A stretch of DNA of 64,000 nt from Piromyces finnis finn. Taxonomy: Eukaryota; Fungi; Neocallimastigomycota. The notes under the pieces are model-generated. The model did no database searches. It was not told the origin of the DNA and worked only from the letters and a program-made list of their open reading frames with translations. Of this stretch, positions 1 to 12,100 are shown one piece after another. Position 1 is the stretch's first letter; every line of letters starts with the position of its first letter. A program made the position numbers and the translations under genes. The DNA is taken from contig MCFH01000023.1 of assembly GCA_002104945.1 (NCBI GenBank), positions 372,001-436,000 of the forward strand, in the 5' to 3' direction.

Positions 1-2
1 CT

Positions 3-1274
3 GAATTATCTTCATCATCCTCTATAACATTATCTTCAACTACTGATATGGATATTGATTATTCATCTAACCCTACTGCTGATATAAAAAAAAGTGAAGA
101 TAATAAAAGTGAAAATTCAACAACTCTAGAGGAACCTCTAAAAGATAAAAGTGAAAATAATACTGTTAAAGTTCAGGAAAAAGAAATTATGGAAATTAAA
201 GCTGAAAAGTCTGACATAATAATGACCGAAAAAGAAGATAAAGATAATATAAATATTAAAAAAGAAATAAAAGAAGAAAAAGATGAAACTAATAAAGAAG
301 TATATAATACTACTTCAACAATAGAAGAATCATTGAAAATTAAAGAAAGTTCTTCTGAAGTTAAGGAAATAATAGAAAAAAAGGAAGTTACATCAGAAAC
401 AGAAGAAAAGAAAGAAGTAATTACTACTAAGCCTACAACTGCTCCTGTTATAACCTCTTCCTCAGCAACAACTGCTATTACTACTACTACTATCACAGCC
501 ACTACCACTGCTACTATAGAAAATACTACCGTAACTGTTGATAATACTGCCATTAGTGATAATTCTGTTGAAGAAAAAAGCAATAATACCCATGTTGTTT
601 TAACTGAAATGGATAAGTCTGTTTATCCAAATGCTGAAGGATTAGTTGGTGGTTTTCCAATTTCATTAAATCCAACTATGTTTCCATATGATGGTTCTGT
701 AGAGGCTATTTCTATGGCTCATTCAGGCACTATGCTAAAGAGATCAGAAATGGGCTTAGGTGATATGGCTTTTCATCTTACTCCTCCTCCAGCTGATGGA
801 GCTACCTCTGTTACTTCGTCAACATATCCTGGATATGATTTCACCTCTGTTGATAAAATGGTTAGTCCAGGTGCTGGTACTCCATTAAATAACCAATACT
901 ATTCAACATCTGGTGCACCAATGTACAATAGATATGGTGCTGCTGGTGAACCAGTTGGTGTAAATGGTGCTATATCAGCTGGCTATTACAATAATCATAA
1001 CCCTCATTTTGAACCAATGAATTATAGTAGTTCTTACCCAGGTTATAATCCACAACAACCATCCTATGTTCATCGTCATGTATTTAATAATCAAACTCCA
1101 CTTCATAAAATCTCTCTTCCACAACAACAATATCATATGGTGAAAAAGAATAGTTCTAATAGTTCAAAATCATCCATGAAAATGAATGAAATGAATAAAA
1201 TGAAGGGCTATGGAAATAAAAAGCATTCCAGTGAAAGTAAAAAAAATGGTACATATCATAATATTTTTATGTAA
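3..1274 (+). CDS. 3' part of a gene starting before the window; low-complexity E/K/T-rich then P/Y/G/N-rich protein of unknown function
   Basis: The frame is open from base 3 through the ORF-track segment 48..1274. No domain recognised. Confidence 0.55.
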   Translation, partial: ELSSSSSITLSSTTDMDIDYSSNPTADIKKSEDNKSENSTTLEEPLKDKSENNTVKVQEKEIMEIKAEKSDIIMTEKEDKDNINIKKEIKEEKDETNKEVYNTTSTIEESLKIKESSSEVKEIIEKKEVTSETEEKKEVITTKPTTAPVITSSSATTAITTTTITATTTATIENTTVTVDNTAISDNSVEEKSNNTHVVLTEMDKSVYPNAEGLVGGFPISLNPTMFPYDGSVEAISMAHSGTMLKRSEMGLGDMAFHLTPPPADGATSVTSSTYPGYDFTSVDKMVSPGAGTPLNNQYYSTSGAPMYNRYGAAGEPVGVNGAISAGYYNNHNPHFEPMNYSSSYPGYNPQQPSYVHRHVFNNQTPLHKISLPQQQYHMVKKNSSNSSKSSMKMNEMNKMKGYGNKKHSSESKKNGTYHNIFM

Positions 1275-2466
1275 AAATGGAAATTACATTATTGAAAAAA
1301 AAAAAAAAAAATTTTTTTTTCACGTTTATATTCATTTTTTAAATTTTGTTACAATCTTTTGCCTTTTTACTTTTGTATTTCAGCTATATATATAAATTAA
1401 TAAATCTGGATAAAAAAAGAAAGGAAAAAATATAAAGCCATTAAAAATATAAAATATAATATATGTAAACATTTCTTATACTTTCTTTGTGGAAATAAAT
1501 TTTATGAAAAACTCTATTAACCCATAGTTAAAAAAAGAAAAAAATAGTATTTTAATAATAAATCAATTGATCGTAATTACAATAATATAAAAGAAAATTA
1601 GATAAAAAAGTTGTATTATATGAAATGAACAGGAAAAAGAACATGAATTAAGGATATTATATTTGAAAATATAATTAATATATATATATATTATTTATTA
1701 ATGGACTAAAAAAAAATATCCAATATACCAATGAATTATTAAAAAAAAAAAAAAATTAAAAAGCTAAATAATTATTTTTCAATATAATATCAATAAGAAT
1801 AAAATAAATTGATCTTCGTAATCTAGTTATTACTGATTTATAAAGATTATTATACCACATAATTGTAAAGTATGCATATATAAATAAGATCTTATATATA
1901 TGCATATACCTTTTTTATGATACCATATTTTATAATAGACCAGAAAAAATATAAAATATTTATTATGATTTATTTATTAAAATATTAAAATATTAATATT
2001 AAAAGTATTAATGTTAATATTATATACCATTTCCTTTTTTTTTTTTTATAAAGGAAAAACAAATATACCATTTGAATTCTTTTTATTGTAAATATTTTTC
2101 TTTTCTTTTTTTATTTTTTTTTTTGTAAATTTCTTTCACCAAAATACCCATATTTTTATATTTTTATATATAATTTTATTTTACAATTTATTGTAAATAT
2201 ATTTAATTATTTATTTTTAATTTTTTTTTTAGATTAGAAAAAAAAAAAAAATAAAAACAAAAAATACATTAACTATTTTCAAATATATAATTTAAGTGTG
2301 AAAATGTATTTTTTTTCTTGTTAATTATTATAAATATAATAATAGATGTAATAGTATTCTATTATTGTTCATCCTAATTTTAAAATATATTTAGATTTTA
2401 TGCTTTATTTCTCAAATGAAAATTAAGAAAAATTAAATAAATTAAATAAATATTAATTATAAAAGG

Positions 2467-5400
2467 TTAATACATTGCATCGAAAATATTTTTATTTTGG
2501 GTATAATGGCAAAATATATAATACAAAAGTTTATTTGAAAAAATGTAATCTGTTTTTGTAGGTATATTATTATTAATAATAGAATTAAGCGAATAAGTTT
2601 CTGAGGTGGAATTCATCAAAAATTCATTACTATCAGTGGTTTTAAGGATAGATTCATTTAGTGTAAGTTTTGAATTATTTTCATTATTAGTCGCGGTATT
2701 ACTATAAATATTTTTATTCATACTTTTTTGAAAATCTTTCCATTTAATAGGTGTAATTATTACATTAGTGAGCTTTGGACAATTTAAAAGTATCTCTTTC
2801 ACTAAATAGTCGTTTTTATTTGTAAATTGTAAAGATAAACCTGAAATGTCTAATGAAATGAGTTGCTTTGCATAAAGTGCAATGGCTTCTATTGTTTTTT
2901 CTGTAAGTAATATATTATTTGAAAGGCATAGAAAAGTTAAAGCATCACCACCTGTAAAATATATAATAGTATAGGTTAATATAATTTATTTCTTAAAAAG
3001 TGATGATAATAAAATAAAAATCTGAATATAAAAATCTCTTATTACTGTAGTCACTTTCTTCTTTTCTTTTTAAGAAGTTAATCACCATGTCATCAGTAAT
3101 AGAACAGCATTGCGATAATGACAAAGATGTCATATAAGGACAATGAATTAAGATTTTATCAAATATTTGATGGTTTATATCCGTAATATTATGAAGACGT
3201 AAATGGCGAAGGAATGTCGATTTTTCAACTAAAGTGCAAATAAAATCATTGGAAAGATTATGACATCCTTTAAAGTCGAGATAAGTTAATTGTGAAAATT
3301 GAATAAAATGTTGGTTATTTAATTCTTTTTCAACATTATTAAATAAATTATCAACTTCATTTTTCATATAGTTTTCAGAAACATGGTTTTCTTTGAGAGT
3401 TGTATGCCATTCATTCATGAATAAGCTTAAACAATTATTAATTTTTAATTTAATAAGAGTTTGGTGATTTTTGAAAAGAATGGTGGAAAGAAGTTCATCA
3501 TTAATGTTGACATGATTAAATTCTAACTTTTGAAAATGATTAAAATGACTAAATGTGTCGCTTAGTAGTTTATCCGAATGGATAAATTGTACTTTACGTA
3601 ATCTCAATTCTCTAAGATCAGGTCGTTTATACGATACAGAAAGTAATGTTTTTTCTGGTTGATACCACTGTCCCACTAGGCTTGATGATATATTTATATA
3701 AAATTTGGGTATTAATTGTAGTATAAAATAAATACTATTTTAAATATATAGATATTTAAAAAAAAATAAGTGATTTTTTAAACACATTGTTATATTTAAT
3801 TACCATAAATAGTTTAACATAGGACATTTTTCAATAAATAACATAACCATTTTGTCTAAATGCCAAAATAATGCTCTTTGATTAATAGTTAATTTTTTCA
3901 AATGTGAACATTGTTCAGCCAAACAATTTAATAAATATTTTTGAAAATTTAAATTAGTTGAAGGACTGGATGAGGAAAAACTCATTTCTTCTACGCATTG
4001 AGGAATAACATTAAAATTTACCCATTTATCATTATCATTACTACATACTAATTAATATATATATGAAAATATAAATATATATAAAAAAAGAAAGTACTTA
4101 TTAAATAATAATGACCTGCATTTATTTATTTCTATTTAGTAAAATATTTTAATTTTTTGAGATCTCAATACCTGTGGAATTATAAGAAGAATAATAAATA
4201 TTATTAAGAATAGAAAATAAGTTACCATCTCTATTTTGAGGATGTAGAGAATTTAATGAAGATATTGGGAATTGCTGAGAAGTTAGAAGGAAGTAGAAGG
4301 GTTTCCAAGGCTTTGAAAGATTTAGATTTAAGGTTTGCCAACGGCAAATTGTTTCCAATTGATACCATTGTCGACAAACTAACATCAAAGAGGTAAAATC
4401 ATCATCAGAATTTAGGGAATGAAACAAAAAAATTCTTTTTAGTATTTCTGCAGGTAAGTTATGAGACTGTTTTTTCTTATAAAAATTGGGATATTCTATA
4501 GTACCTTTTTCATTATTAAATTTTTTAATTGAATTATTAGGATGAATTGAAGTATTGATAAAATTGTTGTAACTGTTTACCAGCTGAGCATCGGAGAGAT
4601 GATCCTTTATTTGATTTTTTTTACAATTTAAATAAATTTGATATAATTCATTGTAATTTGTTGGTTGTATTGAATAATTACTAGATGAACATTTTTGAAT
4701 ATGAATTACCTCATTTTTTATTTCTTTATTATTATTATCAATTGTTCCACTATTGGGTGGTAGCGGTAGTGAAAAGTCGGTACCATAATGATAATGACTT
4801 AATTTAGTATAATTATTATATTTAATCTTGGAAATATCTAATGGATAAATAAATGATTTTGAATAATAATGAGGTGTAGTATTTAATCCAAGTTGTATTT
4901 CTTCTCCTGAAAGGCATCGAACTGATGTATTGTTAGTTTTTTTATTAGTAAAATGATTATTATCACTAGAAGCCATGAAATATTGCTTTTTAGAACGTAG
5001 CTTAGTGTAACCTGTTATGGGGTCCAACTGACATTGACATGTCATTATAGGTAATGATACTTGCTTTTTTATTTGAATCTTATGATTTTGATTAGTGTAT
5101 ATGGATGATTTATCATTCATATAATTATTATTTAGGGATAAAAAGATACATTGATGAATCCTTTTTAAAAATTCCTCTAATTTTTCTTGTGTATTAATGT
5201 TATTTTCGTCATTTTTAAAATTTTGATAAAGCTGATTTATTATGTCTTTTACTTTGATATCCTTTTTAAACCTCTTTTCATCCCACGATAAGATGAATTG
5301 TTTACTTTCATTATTATTTAAATCGTTCTTGTTACGAATTTGATTTTTGTAGGATGTTGAAGTTATTTCTGGATAAATATAAATATGGTGAAAACTTTGT

Positions 5401-5525
5401 TTCATCCAGGGTAAAACCCCTTCTCCAATATTTAAAGATTTTTTAAGATAGTCCAGTAAATAAAAACATGCAGTTATAGCCCATTGAACATCATAGTTAC
5501 GGTAGACTGAAGGTACTGATAGCAT
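2467..5525 (-). CDS. F-box / leucine-rich-repeat protein (multi-exon)
   Basis: F-box motif LPAEILKRIFLF..LMLVCRQW in ORF 4149..5525. AMN1/FBXL-type LRR units (LTYLDFKGCHNLSND, LSLSQCCSITDD, CPKLT) in ORFs 3800..3985, 2993..3676 and 2467..2802, separated by AT-rich introns. Confidence 0.8.
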
Positions 5526-5960
5526 GCCTCCCTGTAGCTATTTTTATAACCTTATAAAATATTGTACTGTTTATCTATTTATTTAATATTATTATTCTTA
5601 ATATACTATTTATTCATATTATATATAAACTTTATATTTTTAAAATAATTCCAAACCTCTATATCAGTCATAGTTCTATATATATAAAACAAATAGTCAA
5701 TATTGTATATTTTTAAGTAATTAATATAGGATATTGATCATCTTTTTTTTTTTTTTTCTTCAATGAATATAATGTTGTATAAAAATACAAATTATAACAA
5801 ATACATATATTATAAAACAAAAACGAAAAATAAAATGATGATATATATATTTAATTATTTAAATATAATTTTTTTATTCCATACAATTGATAGTGTTCTA
5901 AAAATTATTTAAGCTTTAAAGTACTATTTTTTTTTTTTAACAAATATATGTTATTTACTG

Positions 5961-5991
<31 letters not shown>

Positions 5992-6359
5992 TTTGTAATT
6001 ATCAATAAATCGTTGAAATATTTATTTTTAATTTTAAAATAAATATGAATAATAAAAATAACAAAATTTTACACTTTAGTTGTATAAATATATTTATAAT
6101 GCAAATAAATTATTATTATTTTTTTTTTTTAATTTTAAAGATTTTTCTTTTTTTTATTTACATTTTCTCACCTTTTTTTTTTTTTTTGTTAAATAAGCAA
6201 ATTTGTGTGCTTATTTTTATGATAAAAAAAAAGTTTTTTTTTTTTATTGTTATATATATTTTTAGATGAATATGTTTTGAATTTACTTCATATTCTCATT
6301 TATTTCTATTTCTATTTATTTTTTTATTATTTTTTTTTTTTTTTTTTTTTTTTTATTTT

Positions 6360-8695
6360 TTACCAATCAACCTTTAGTTGCTCAAAAAGTGTGACATTTC
6401 GAAGACAAGCAACTAATTTTGTTAAAAAATCAATGATTGAGGGATCCTTATTTTGACATTCATATATAAGAACAATAATAACTTCAGGATCAACCTTTAT
6501 CATATAATATGAAATTGAAATTTTCCAATCATAAAAGAAATATGGTACAGTACTTGTTTCATCTAAACTTTGGGTGGTATCTTTATCTGTATTTAAATTT
6601 TCTTTGGAATTGGAAAGTGATTTTGTATTTCGCTTACGTTTATCATTATATCTTCTGGTTCCCATTAAATAACTAGCAGCATTTGAAAGTGAAGATATTG
6701 AAGCAGAATCTGATATAATTTTCTGACTTGATGTATTTGCTGATGGATTAATACTTGCATTATTAGTATTAGAAGTAGCTGTACTACCTATACTATAAGA
6801 ACTAAATGTTGAATTTATACTATCAATACTATTACAATATTCTAGTGTTTTTCTATTATATTTAGATGTATTTGAAGTGGAATCAGTTTGAGAATATTGA
6901 TAATGTTTTTGTTTACTTTGAATGATAGAAATAATATTGGGCCAGTGATTAAGAGGAGGTTCATTTGGGAAACTAAATATGGCTGGATAGGAATGAATAC
7001 CTGTTAGAGGTACTGATGATATACAACTATAACCTCCATCTGGCCGTATGGATGTATTTTTAGATAGTGAAGAATAAATAAAAGATATATTTAAAATATT
7101 ATTATTTTTGGAAACAAAATCCTTTATCCTGTCAAATTAATTATTAATATTAATATTATAATTTAATTATATATTAGATTAATATATTCAACATTTTATG
7201 ATTATTATTATTAAAACTAATAATTCAAAGTTCTTATTTCATTTTATATATTACATATTTAATGGATCTGGATCAGTTTTTATGTTAATTTGGTGTAACA
7301 TTTCCGAGCTTTTTTTACTTAAAATAATATTGAAGTATACATTAATTTTGGCAAGAGTATACGATAGGAATTTTTTCAACCATTTTTGATTATTCGGTAT
7401 TTCAAGCTCAGCTTTCCCTGTTTCTAAAGTTTGTGTTTCTTGTTGCTGTATAATATATTTCTATATTAATAATATATTATTTATTTATTTATGAATGATG
7501 AATATATCCACCTTATATTAAAAAAAAAAAAAAAAAACTAAAAAAAAAAATAATAATAAAAGTAAAAATTAAAAAAAAAAAAAAAAAAAAAAAACGTACA
7601 TGTTTAATTTGGGTTTGTAAATTGTTTATCCATTGATTTAAATCATTTTTAGCTAAATAGGTGTATAATATTGAATTTTTAAAATTATATGATATTAAAG
7701 ATAATTGAGCTAACAAGAGATTTTTTATTATTGAAATTTCTTTTCTGTTTTTTTTTTATATTATTATTTTAATTTTAAATTTATAATAAAGTATTAGTTA
7801 TATTTAATGATGAATAGAATTAATATATACTTTCCAATCATAACTAAATATTTATATTATATTATAATTTTCAATTAATTGTTATTTACATTATACCAAT
7901 GGATAATGAAGGAAAATATATTGATTGACTATTATCCCATTCTAAAATTTTTACATGATCCAATATAGTGGAATAAGTATTGCAATTGGCTTTTGATAAT
8001 TCACCATAGCTAATTCAACAATAATAATATTTATATAGATGAATGAAAAAAGAATTAATATTTTTTTTTTACATATTAAATGTAATGTAATAATGGAATG
8101 AAAATTTTCAAATTTCATTTTAATTTTTTTAAAATTATTAAATAAAATTGAATAATAATAAAAAGAACCCTTTTATATATAATTACATATTAATAAGTTC
8201 AAATCGTATTTTTGCATATTCTAAAAATATTTTATAAATGTGTCCATTCTTTCCCATGGATAAAATTTGTTCATCTTTTTTTAAGTCATTATAGAGACGA
8301 AGGTATTGGTCTAAAAGATTTTTTCTAAAAAAACCTGGTTTACTGAATTGAAGTGACGTATATAATGAATCCATGTTAACAATTCTTAATAAATACGCAG
8401 AATAAATAGAAGAAGTTTGTGAAAAAGCATCATTCTATAAATTATATATATATATATATTCAAGGTTTAAATTATTCGTATTTAAGTATTTATATATTCT
8501 TTTGTACATTTTACTTTTATATATTGATTTATATCTATTTATTAATAATAAGAGAAAATTTAATTTTAAATAATTTACTTTAAGCATTAAGGTTCTACTA
8601 TTCGCTTCCAAAACATTAAATTGACCTAATAATTCAAAAGTTGAGAATATGTGCTCCAAACAAATTTCATTTAAAGGATTATTATGATGTGACAT
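6360..8695 (-). CDS. KICS2: KICSTOR subunit 2 (C12orf66 / DUF2003)-like protein, multi-exon
   Basis: Hand-translated exons give LYTSLQFSKPGFFRKNLLDQYLRLYNDLKK, WLKKFLSYTLAKINVYFNIILSK, YPAIFSFPNEPPLNHWPNIISII and FFYDWKISISYYMIKVDPEVIIVLIYE..FLTKLVACLRNVTLFEQLK. These are colinear with remembered motifs of animal C12orf66 (..LLAKFSFYFHEALS.., YPAVVSLP..RP..HWPNVIMI, HFYDDKVQSTYFL, ..VFASLK). Confidence 0.72.
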
Positions 8696-8847
8696 TTTAT
8701 TATATTAATTTTTGGTATATTTTGGAATTTAGTTTGCTATTTTATTTTTCAAAAACATTTAATAATTATTTAAAAAAAAATTTATTGGTATTTTTATTTT
8801 CCTTTTTTTTTTTTTTCTCTCTTTTTTTCTCTTTTTTTTTTTTTTTT

Positions 8848-8861
<14 letters not shown>
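8848..8861. repeat. Left target-site duplication of LINE copy 1 (AA + T12 on + strand)
   Basis: AATTTTTTTTTTTT at 8848..8861, merging into the poly(A)-derived T run, is repeated at 14546..14559 next to the element 5' end. Confidence 0.6.
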
Positions 8862-8895
<34 letters not shown>

Positions 8896-9133
8896 GGCAT
8901 CAAATATTTTAAACTTTATTATTAATTTAATTAAAATTATAATACATGTAATAAAAAATTAAAAAATAAAAATAAAAATAAAAAAAAATATGTTTAAATA
9001 AACACAAATGAATAAAAATTGGGTATAATGTATTCTAGTAATTTTAATTAAAGTAAGAAAGCCACTATCATACTAAAGTATAATAATTGTATTTGACTTC
9101 CAATGGGACACCGAGCCAAAGATCAAAATTTTG

Positions 9134-12100
9134 TCATGGAACAAAATTATGATCTCCATTGGTTGCGCTGGCCCTCCTGGCCTGTCTTACTGTTTCTTCA
9201 GCATTGACGCTCTTGGATGTTGCTTCAAACCTTTTGAACATTGTCCATTGCTGGCCAATAGCAAAAGGCATGATTTTGGTTAGAAGTTCCGCGGTTACCG
9301 TCAAGAATGGTGTTCCTTCGTTAGTATCAGATTGAATCTGACGCTTACAAAGTTCTTTCCATTCCCTTGAATTGTAATTAATATTGTTAAAACTTCTTCC
9401 CCCAAGAAGGAATTTAAATATTTTACTGTACACACTAGAATAATCATACACATTAATATTCACCGGATTATTAGAACTATTACTATCATTAACTAAATTA
9501 CTATCTAAATTAGAATTATTATCTTCACTATTGCTATCATTACTAATATTATTATTTCTATTATTGTTATTATTACTATTGTTACTATTACTATTGTTAC
9601 TATTACTATTGTTATTACTACTATTGTTACTATTACTATTAATGTTATTACTATCTCTACTGATATTATCAATTTCATTATTATTGATAGGACTATTGGA
9701 ATTACGTTGACTGAAAAAATTTAATAGCTGAACTATGGAATCATAATGTTTAATACGGATATCTCTAAATGTTGGACAATCTAATAACCAATGTTTAATA
9801 CTTTGAACACCACACTTGCAACATGGACAGTAGTTAGGACAAACTGGATCAACAAATTTGGCAGCTTTGGCAACTCTAGCATCCAACTTGTATCCGCTTC
9901 TTGCTTTCAATAGCCAGTAGAAGCCATAGGCAAACTCTGGGTATTCATAACATAATTTAATAAAATCTTTAGTTTCAATAAATTTATTATCATCATAATA
10001 TTGCGCTTTGATTGAATTCCCTTTGAGATCTTTCCAATAAAAGTTTTTAACTGCTTTAACATCTCCATGTTTCTTTAGTTTTTTATCAAGTGTCCTACTT
10101 GATTTGCACCACGTGTATTTTCTAAATTTAGGAATGTAATTGACAAGGTGTGAGATAATACAATTTGAGTTTTTCCATTTGTTAAAACATCTAACCTGAG
10201 CTAACGCACATTTGGCTGACAATGGAGGAATATTCAAATCTTTTGAGATAGAGTATAAAGATATAAACGATACAGCTTTATGAACTCCGGCAACCCATCG
10301 TATTCCTTTGTTAACATGCTTCTGAGCAATTCTAGACCTAGCTTTGTTGGATCCAAGTAATGGTGCAAAGTATGAAACTCTGCTGATTACTTGTGAGTTA
10401 AGTACTAGTTTTTTGAAAGGAATAGGAATATTAGGATTTCTTAAGAATTTACTGACTGAGAAAAGTCCTTTCAAAACCTTGTTATTAAGAGCTTTAATTA
10501 CTGGTTTAAGGGACAGATTCTTATCAAATGGAACACCAAGATAAGTATAGCAATCAGTAGTTGGAATGGGTTGTCCTGCTAAGTAAAATGTTGGATCTCT
10601 CTTGTTCTGATTTTCTATTGATTCAGGACGAATCACCATCGTTGAACATTTCTGGATACCAAATTCCATTTCATTATACAGTGCCCATTCATTAACTCTT
10701 CTAAGCATCTTTTTTAAGCATCCTCTTGTTGGAGCACAAATAACTATATCATCTGCAAAAAGTCCACCACAGCATCGAGTGTCACCTAAACTGACTCCTA
10801 GATCTTCGCACTCTCTAAATATATCATTAATAAAGAGATTAAAGAGAATAGGAGAAAGAGGGCATCCTTGACGGACTCCTTTCTTCACATCAAAAGATTT
10901 CGAGAATTGTCCATCTAATTTGACATTAGCCTTAGATGTTAAATATAAATTTTTGATAAATTGTAGACTCTTACCTCGGATTCCTAAACAATCTAATTTA
11001 TGGAGAATATTACCGATTGGGACTGAATCGTATGCTTTCCTGAGATCTAAAAAGGCCAAATATGTCTCTGTATTATCTAATTGACGTCTACGGCATATTT
11101 CTTGGATTGAAATGAAAAGACTAATACTTTCTTCCTTTTTTCGAAAACCAAATTGTTCAGGTCTAATGAAATTATTCTTTAGACCATATTCTGAGATTCT
11201 AGTGGTGACAATTTTGGAAATCAACTTAATACCATTATTGATAAGTGATATACCTCGATAGTTATCACAATCTGTCAAATCTCCCTTCTTAGGAATAGAA
11301 ACAATACTGGATTCATTCCATGAGTTGGGGAAATCTCCATCCCAAATACGGTTGAATAATTTAAGAATAAAATTTAAACCATGAGCATCATTATCTGAAG
11401 TAGTATTACCAGAAGAATTATTATCTGTAGCATTATTAGAATCATTACTTGATGGAACTAATGCTTTGTAAAATTCAATTGGAATACCATCCGGACCTGA
11501 TGCTTTATAATTTGGAGTAGTGAGGATAGCTGACTTGACTTCATCAATACTAATATCTTGGTTGATATCCCACTCATCAAGCATAGGAAGTGAAAAACGT
11601 TTATTCGTTGGTTCTTCATACCAATGCTCCAAATCAAGACTTACACCATTTGGGTCTGATGCAAGATTTTCGAAATGATCATGCCACACATCTAGTTGTT
11701 CTTCTGTAGCAACAACTAATTCTCCATTTTTATTTTTAATTGGTTGAGCAATAAAGAAAGAATCTTTTCCAATTTTTGCAGTTTTCTTGATCCATTTCCA
11801 GGCCTTCTTAGGATTATGACTCTTCATATACTCACATCCTGTTTTAATCCAATGAAGATATTCTTGCTTCCTAAATTCATTACATCTTTTGTGGATGTAA
11901 TCAATGAGTTTACGGTAGATTTTAATTCTTTTAATAAATTCATCTATATCATAAATTCTTTCTTTTTTAAATCTCTTATACAACTTCATTTTGATTTTTT
12001 GAAGATTAAAAATTTGTTGTGAAATATGAAATGAAGACTTTATAACATTATTTGCTGAGGTAATACTGAGCTCGTCTGCAATTGAAAAAGCAGTTGAAGT

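Noticed and set aside
173-583. Hydrophobic antisense ORFs (173..583, 34009..34272, 43542..43766, 56395..56598 and similar)
   Set aside because: They are reverse-strand shadows of K/E/T-rich coding sequence.
6045-8925. F/I/Y/K-rich 60-95 aa ORFs in AT-rich introns and intergenic DNA throughout the window
   Set aside because: Their composition is explained by poly(T)/poly(A) tracts, with no start context or motifs.
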